Positions 57,243 to 64,000 of a stretch of DNA of 64,000 bases are shown here, in pieces. The notes under the pieces are model-generated. The model saw only the letters and a list, made by a program, of their open reading frames with translations, was not told the DNA's origin and searched no databases. A program made the translations under genes and the position numbers. Origin of the DNA: Hyaloraphidium curvatum SAG 235-1 (lineage: Eukaryota; Fungi; Monoblepharomycota); the NCBI GenBank assembly GCA_025558095.1, contig JAIVFI010000020.1, forward strand, positions 248,001 through 312,000. The letters run 5' to 3'. Every line of letters begins with the position of its first letter. Position 1 is the first letter of the stretch.

Positions 57243-59036
57243 ATGGAGAAGAAGCAGAGCGAGAAGGCCACCGCGCCCGCCGCGGCTGCGCCGCCGGCGC
57301 CGTCGCGGTTCACGCGCGCGGGCCGCTGGCTCGCCTACGCATTCGTGCCGCTGCTCGCCGCGCTGCTGTATCCCCACGGCAGCAGCATGCTCGGCGGCGT
57401 CGAGAACGTGCGCGTCAAGCGCGCGCCGCTCATCCCCGTCTCCGAGTTCGGCAACATCATCAGCTACACCGGCGCGCCCGAGACCGAGGTCATCCTCTAC
57501 TACTTCGGCACCAACGCGACCTGGGAGCAGCTCGCCACCTCGCCCTTCACGCTCATCTACCTGTGCTTCGGCGTCATCGAGGAGGCCAACCTGAACCTGC
57601 TCACCTGGCCCGAGTGGTGCGACAACGGCAACCCGCTCAACCCCGACAAGGACTGCGAGCTCGGCGTGTCGATCCTCAAGAAGTACGGCAAGAAGGTCGG
57701 CATCTCCATCGGCGGCGGCGACGGCCAGCGCAAGGTGCCGCGCGTCTTCACCAAGGGCTACGAAGAGTGGAAGCGCCGGGGCCGCGGCCACGACATCATC
57801 GAGAACTGGGTCAAGGGCATGCTTGCCTTCGTCAAGGACCACGGCATGGACGCGCTGGACTTTGACAACGAGGAGGCGCACACCTCCTGGACCGGCGGCA
57901 CCAAGCACGACACAACCGAGGTCGAGGCCCTTTCCAGCCGCGGGGTGAGTGTTAGCGATGATCAGGAGAACGCCGCGCGACGCGCGTCCATCCTGCCGTC
58001 GGCCTGCACCGTGGATGCAGTTTCTGATGCATGCATTTCCGCCCCACTTCAGGGTCTTGACTTCATGGGCGAGCTCCAGGTCGAGCTGCGCAAGCAGGCC
58101 GGCATCGAGTTCATCTTCACCGTGTCGCTCCAGCCGCCCTTTTACTGCCCCGTCATCCCTATCGAGGACCCTGGCGCGCGCACCGGCGACCCGAACAACC
58201 TCACGTTCCCCGTCGAGCCCCGTGCGCCCTGGTACAACAACTACATGTACCTCTTCGAGGCCCACCCGGAGTCGTACAACGCCCTGACCTACCTCATCTT
58301 CATGTGCGTCCGCTGCCTCCGTGCGCATGCAATGGTGCTGATGCTTGCCGTGAATTCTAGGTACTACCCGTTCGAGAACATGTGGGAGTGGGTCAGCTCC
58401 ATCGAGTCAATCAGCCGCAACTTCTCGATCATGGAAGGCCAGACCAAGTACGCCAACCTCTCGGCCATCTACCGCTCGCAGATCAACTACGACATGAAGG
58501 CCGGCACGGTCGGCAGGCTCGAGGCCAAGAAGATGATCATCGCCACCCAGACCAACGAGCCCACGGCCGACAAGGCCTGGATCCCCCGGGACATGCTCCG
58601 CGACCAGCTCCGCACGCTCAACGGGCGGGACAGGCCTGCCGGTGTTGCCGTCTGGTCTCACCCCCACTCGATGTCGGAGGCCAGCTGCGGCTTCCTCGCC
58701 GCCGCATGCGAGTTCTCGAAGCAGTGCGCCACGGCGGAGCAGCTCATCTGCCCGCCCAAGCAGGGCCTGGCCCAGGTGAACCCCACCCCCGGCACCAACG
58801 GCAACGCGGGCAACGTCAACCTGACCCAGGCCTACGACTGGGGTCTGAGCCCCCGCGCGGCCTCTTCCTCCTCGACGGCGAGGTCGACGGCCACTCGCAC
58901 TTCCTCGGCGGGCGCCGTGCCCACCTCCGCCCCCAGCGGCACGGACAACACCAGCGCGGCAGAGCCCGCCCACGGCGCCTCTAGGGCCGTGATGGCGATG
59001 CTCATGTTCGTCTTGGGCTGCCTTTTCCTGCTTTAG
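57243..59036 (+). CDS. GH18 chitinase-like glycoside hydrolase, probably GPI-anchored
   Basis: KVGISIGGG and DALDFDNEE (DxxDxDxE); Ser/Thr-rich tail and hydrophobic C-terminus. Probably contains in-frame introns. Confidence 0.75.
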   Translation: MEKKQSEKATAPAAAAPPAPSRFTRAGRWLAYAFVPLLAALLYPHGSSMLGGVENVRVKRAPLIPVSEFGNIISYTGAPETEVILYYFGTNATWEQLATSPFTLIYLCFGVIEEANLNLLTWPEWCDNGNPLNPDKDCELGVSILKKYGKKVGISIGGGDGQRKVPRVFTKGYEEWKRRGRGHDIIENWVKGMLAFVKDHGMDALDFDNEEAHTSWTGGTKHDTTEVEALSSRGVSVSDDQENAARRASILPSACTVDAVSDACISAPLQGLDFMGELQVELRKQAGIEFIFTVSLQPPFYCPVIPIEDPGARTGDPNNLTFPVEPRAPWYNNYMYLFEAHPESYNALTYLIFMCVRCLRAHAMVLMLAVNSRYYPFENMWEWVSSIESISRNFSIMEGQTKYANLSAIYRSQINYDMKAGTVGRLEAKKMIIATQTNEPTADKAWIPRDMLRDQLRTLNGRDRPAGVAVWSHPHSMSEASCGFLAAACEFSKQCATAEQLICPPKQGLAQVNPTPGTNGNAGNVNLTQAYDWGLSPRAASSSSTARSTATRTSSAGAVPTSAPSGTDNTSAAEPAHGASRAVMAMLMFVLGCLFLL

Positions 59037-59698
59037 ATCTTGACACTTGATCCCGCGGAGCGGCATACGCGGCGGACGGCGATTCCCCATTCCCGTCACT
59101 ATACCCGTACTATAGCTACACAGGAGGACTTGTATTTGCGTGAAAATGAACTGTATCTTGGGTTTCTCATCGTGATTCGGGAAGCGCCTCCTGTCCGCCA
59201 CCATTGTAGTCAGACGCAGCAGTGCGGATCCCTTTCGTTTTCTCCCACATCTGCGCATCGGGCCGCAGGACACAGGAATCACGTCTATCCCATCTATTTT
59301 GGCGACTTTCACATCGTCGCTTTACGCGTCGTGCGGACCCTGTCCCCTCGGACCCTCCAACTTGCGGGTGAGTCTCCAGAGGCCACGAGCGGGACGGAAC
59401 GACTTGGGATGCCATGATGAGGCAAATCTTTCACCAATCGCAATGCTATGTCGGAGGACATCAATGACGATACCGAAAGAACGGCCAGCTGAGCTTCGCA
59501 GCCGGGGACGGGACCTTTGGCTGGTTCCAAGCTAACGCACATTCGCATAGGCAGGTGGCAGGCACAAGAGGTCTCATCGGAATCAGGTCCGTCTTTTAAG
59601 TTTCATCATCAACGATGTACAGAATGGGGATATACAACGAGTATCGTATCAGAAAGTCATCATTCGACGCAGAGATCAATCCTGCAGCCTTCAAATCT

Positions 59699-61043
59699 TC
59701 ACATCGAGCGAACAAACTGGCACGCCGAGCACATCCTGAAGCGGTCGTCGGGGTTGTGTGCGAGACAGTTTGGGCAATACCATCCCGTGGCCAAACTTGG
59801 TGCCGGTTTGTTCGCAGGAGTTGCAGCAAGCCCGGGCCTCAGCGAGTCGCAGGCATCGCACCTCGTCTTGGTGGCCGGATTCCGCAACGTGCACGCCGCG
59901 CAGCTCCATCCGGTTTGCTGCCCGGATTCCGGCCGCGGCTTTGGCGGGGGCCGATACACCGCGCCTTCATCGTCGCTGTCCAAGCTGATGACCTCGACCG
60001 CCCCTTTTGGCTGAAGCCTGTCCTTCGCGCGCGCCGGCTCCTCCTTCTCCTTCCCGCCCTGGTCTCCGTCCCGTTCGTCCGCAGCCGGCGATGGATTCCT
60101 TGCTGGCGCTGGCAACGATGCCGACGATGCGCTTGCCTGCACGGGCTCGCCGGCCCCATCATTCCCGCTGTGCTCGTGCTCGTCACTCCCGCACCAAATA
60201 CGATCCTGCGCCGCACGCTTCTCCGCAGCCATGGCAGCGAGCTGTCCCGGGTTGTAGACCCTCTCCAGAGATTTGAGGTCGCTGGAGCCGCCAAGCTTCT
60301 GCCCCGACTGCGCCGTCCCGATCCAGCCGTTGTACCTCAAGCGTTTCTGGGCAGCTTCCACCGCTTTCTGCCTCGCCAGATGGGGCGGCGGATCGTGAGA
60401 AACGCCTTCCCCGACCCTCTTCCCCGGTGCGTCGAAGCCGTCGCCCTTGAATCCGGAAGCGAGGAGGCCGTCGTACTCCTTGTTCAGCTCGTCCAACAGC
60501 TTGTAGAACTGGGCATCGTGCGGACCGCGAACGATGTGCACAAGCTCATGCAACATAGTGCCAAGGCAATGGTCAAAGTCGTAGAACCTTGTTCGACCCC
60601 GCATGAATCCTCGAGAACAGAGAATTGACGGAGCGGGGGCACTCACGACTTCTCGTCCCCGCCGTGCCGCAGCCGGAGCAGAATCTGCTGGCCTCGGTTC
60701 ACGTTGAGCCCGTGTAAGGAGTGATTGGCCGGGTAGAACTCCTTGAGGGCTCCGACGAACCAGCCGCGCTTCTTCATAATCGGCCGGACCTGGGTCGCCC
60801 GTCACCAGTGAACCATGAGCCGTCCGCGCCATCGACAGTCTCAGGCCCACCTGCGATGCAATTTTGCGGAGTATCGCTGCTGCCTCCTCGTCATTGTGCT
60901 TCCCCAGCGTCGAGAAACTGCCAATGATGTCCTTGTACCTGTCCCGACATCAGATGCCTGTGTCGGCCCATTCGCGAAGGAGATCCCCACTTGTTCTCCC
61001 CTGGAGGCGCCCGCTGGGCAGAGTCCTTCCCGCCCTTGGCCAT
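59699..61043 (-). CDS. WSS1: WLM metalloprotease with C-terminal RanBP2-type zinc fingers
   Basis: PIMKKRGWFVGALKEFYP, GLNVNRG, TMLHELVHIVRGPHD, WSCAACTLRN and WYCPNCLAHN. Confidence 0.88.
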
Positions 61044-61162
61044 CCCGGCAGACAATGGCAGGAGCAACCTCGGGCTTGCGCAACCGCTCCCGAAACGGAA
61101 GTGCGCAAATCCGACCGTCTCAGAGATTCCGGGAATAGCGGCGCACCGCCGATCCGCACCCG

Positions 61163-62271
61163 ATGGAGGACCTTGCAGACCGCGTTAAGCGGCGAAAACG
61201 GCCAGCTGCCCACGGCGATGGGGACGAAACGGAAACGGACTCGCTGGGGAGGCACGGCAGCGTGGAACCAATCACTCCCGCGTCGGCGGTGCCGTCGCTG
61301 AAGCCGTCCGAACCTCCTTCGACGAACGACGTGCTGTCTGCGTGGCAGAGGATGTTTGCCAAGCTTCTGCAACTGTTGGATACCGTAATGTCTAAGTCAC
61401 TGGACCCCATCGGGCTGCTGGAGGACGAGATCGAGTTCGCCCAGCATCGATTCCGCTACGCGAACTTTGAGAACTTGAACGCCCAGAAGAAGCTGCACCT
61501 GAAAGGCCTTGCACCGGACTCCTTGACGAACGATATCCTTCCTGAGCTGCCGCCGGCGTTCGGGGCGAATGCCGAGGTGGACGCCTACTTTCGATCATTC
61601 TTCGAAGCTACTCGCCTGGCGCAAGTGCTGCTCGAGATGAAGAAGAAGCTCGAGGCGGAAAAGCTCGCGGACCACAAGGAGCGTCCCGAGTACGAACGCG
61701 CCGAAGCCTTGCGTGCCAGCGTTGACACAGTGAGGAAGGAACTCTCTGCAAGCGTACAGAACTTTTACCAACGTGGGTTGCCATCTCGGTCGCAGGCCTA
61801 ATGGGGTTCTAATCTTTCGCAGCATTGCAGAAGCTGAACTCCTCCCTAGCCAAGCCTCCGGACCTGGTCATTGCTTCTCATCCCGATGCCGTCTACGATC
61901 TCTCCACGCTTCTGCAGGCGCTACTGAGGCTATTGCTGGTCACGTTGACTGAATCACAACGACGTTTGGCCCACGAGTCGCAGCTCGTCATGCGATTGAT
62001 TTCGCACAACCTGAGGCAGCTGGCCAAAACGTGCGACCAGATTTCGGTTCTGCTGGCCAAGCACGAATTTGCCACGGAGCCGATTGGGGCTTGGACCGAC
62101 GTGGTTGCCATGTACGAAAAGCGACTTCGCCTTGCGGACGAGGCCAACCCGGGGTTTCGGCGGACAAAGCTTAGGGACATGTCGCAGAGGACGGCGGAGA
62201 TTGTTGCGTGGGTCGACAGTGTTGCCGCTCAAGCGGCCGCCGGCGCAGGACCGAATGTGGGTGCCACTTAG
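61163..62271 (+). CDS. Hypothetical helical/coiled-coil protein; two exons
   Basis: ORFs 61163-61801 and 61825-62271 joined by a probable intron at about 61774-61822. Confidence 0.5.
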
Positions 62272-62387
62272 GTTGAGATCAGAGTTATCAGATTGTACGA
62301 GATCTAGCTACAAGAGGCATATGCAATGCAAAGTCTATCATGCTTCAATCAAGATCCAGAACCACGGAGCATTCCAGCATTCCTTGT

Positions 62388-63243
62388 TCACTCCAGATCG
62401 AGAACGACCACCTCTGCCCTCACGTCGCCGACGTTCTCGATCCTGAGCTTGCCGTTGAAGTCCGTCACGAAGGCGCCGTCTCCCTTGGCGAGCGTGAGGG
62501 TCTGGCCGGAATCGTGCTCGATCTTGACCTTTGAGTCCCCGGTCATGACGTTGTGCACGTACAACCGGCGGCCGGCGTCGCCGAATGCCTGGTGCTCGAC
62601 CGCCTTGCCGGGATCGAGGAGCGTCGCTTCCATGTAGAGGTCGGCATGGATCTTGATGGGCGCCTCCTGGCCCGCGGGAGCTTTGGCGGGATCAAAGTCG
62701 TCGGGAGCCACGATCAGCGCAAGTTTGTTCTCCTTGACCGAGTCCGGGAAGTGGCCGGTCTGGTAGCCAGGCTTGGGGACCTTGATCCTGGGTTCGGCCC
62801 AGCTATTTGCAAGTGTCAGAGAAGGCCAAAAGTAGGTCAGCGAACAAAACTCACAGCTGAAGGAACCTGACCGGCGTCGAAGGTGAGACGTTGTATTCGG
62901 AGTGCCGAATTCCTGTCGAAGTGTGCGTCATCTGGACGCCGCCGCGGGGAATGATCTCCCGAGTACCCAAGGAATCCCGATGCTCGAGCTCCCCGGAATA
63001 CACGTAGGAAAAGATATCGAACCGGGAATGCCCGTGGGTCCCGAAACCCTCCATCGGCTCGACGTGGTCCTCGTTCAAGACCCGGAGGCTTCCGAAGGAG
63101 GTGTAGGCCTTATCGTAATAGTTCGCAAATGAAAAGGTGTGGTAGGTGTCGAGCCAGCCGTGGTTGGCGTGGCCCCTGGTCGCCGAAGGGCGGAGCGTGA
63201 AGGTGGGTGTGCGGGTCATGGTCTTTCCGATGCGAGAGAGCAT
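62388..63243 (-). CDS. Pirin-like cupin (YhhW/quercetinase family)
   Basis: RGHANHGWLDTYHTFSFANY...LRVLNED...GFGTHGH...LEHRDSLG...GIRHSEYN. Confidence 0.92.
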
Positions 63244-63475
63244 GTGTGTCTCGATGAGTCTGTGATGACCAGAGTCCGAGCGGGGCTCCATCCTTTTATA
63301 CTCGAGAGGCTGTTTGTAAACGAATCGGCGAATCGGAATCGGAGGTCGGATCCGGGATTCCGGGGGGTTGCCGGTTTCGTTGTTGGTGCTGTGATCGATC
63401 GACCCGCAGCTCCGATTTTCCGATCGGTGATCGGCGGCCACATCCACGAGCGTCGCGCTTGGCAACTCGGAGAAC

Positions 63476-63945
63476 ATGGTGTTCTCGCTCGGCCAGCTCC
63501 TTTATGCCACCGTGCTGTTCGTGAACGCAATTGCCATTCTCCACGAGGAGCGTTTCCTGGCGCGAAGTGGGACCCAGCGCCGGCGGACCCCGACGCGTCT
63601 CTCATTGGCTCCTCTCGGCAACGGCATGACTTTTCCAGTCGGCTGGTCAACCTCGCAAGCCTTCCAACAACAGGATCGATTTGGGAATGACGGAGGAGGG
63701 CCCTCGATAAAGGCCAGACTAGTCGCCCTCATCAGCGCGGTCCGGACACTGCTTCGATGTGGGTGGACCGAACGCTTCGCCCGTCCTGGCACGAGGTCTT
63801 ACCGAGCTCAATCACTTTGTGCTGTTGGCGTGAATGTGCTCCTGACTCCGCACCTTCGGACCCTCTTTTCCCCCTGCCACGCGACCCAGTTCCCCTAATC
63901 GCCCTGAACATTCTCATAATTGTCTACGAGCTGATTCTGGGTTAA
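63476..63945 (+). CDS. YOS1: Yos1/IER3IP1 ER-Golgi transport membrane protein; three exons
   Basis: LFVNAIAILHEERFLAR|...IKARLVALISAVRTLLR|PLIALNILIIVYELILG. Confidence 0.92.
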
Positions 63946-64000
63946 TGATGGTCTGCCGCTCTCGTAGAGCGACAGGGGGTGGTGGGAATATGGTTGAACG

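Noticed and set aside
59040-59690. Lower-GC gap between GH18 and WSS1 as a possible ncRNA or gene
   Set aside because: No tRNA, snoRNA or coding signature is visible; most likely convergent 3' UTRs.
1-64000. Hundreds of long overlapping or antisense ORFs in the ORF track
   Set aside because: They are Arg/Pro/Ala/Gly-rich shadows of real genes, expected from high GC content, and have no recognisable motifs.

Overview
This is gene-dense, GC-rich eukaryotic DNA with short (mostly 45-70 nt) spliceosomal introns. Gene content (selenocysteine use, lysyl oxidase, Tctex-1, a CEP192-like protein, fungal-type Rvs167, Atg18 and Wss1) suggests an early-diverging, chytrid/monoblepharid-like fungus; that placement is inference. 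About 32 host genes are present, mostly housekeeping. Three things stand out. (1) A non-autonomous Fanzor1 (eukaryotic TnpB-like RNA-guided nuclease) element at 1352-5083. It has inverted termini, a TA duplication at a CTAG site and a structured omegaRNA-like right end, and it is inserted into a host exon, so a TAM and guide can be predicted. (2) A second, very divergent Fanzor1 gene at about 46644-51262 that the ORF track does not show as a single gene because about 18 introns split it. It carries a bacterial GlxA/DJ-1-like fragment, is followed by a hairpin-rich omegaRNA-like region, and sits in a 5.5-kb island bounded by a ~43-bp direct repeat. (3) A fungal selenoprotein (SelenoU/PRXL2 family, UxxC) with an in-frame TGA and a canonical SECIS in its 3' UTR. 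Gene models were assembled by eye, so some starts and exon borders are approximate.
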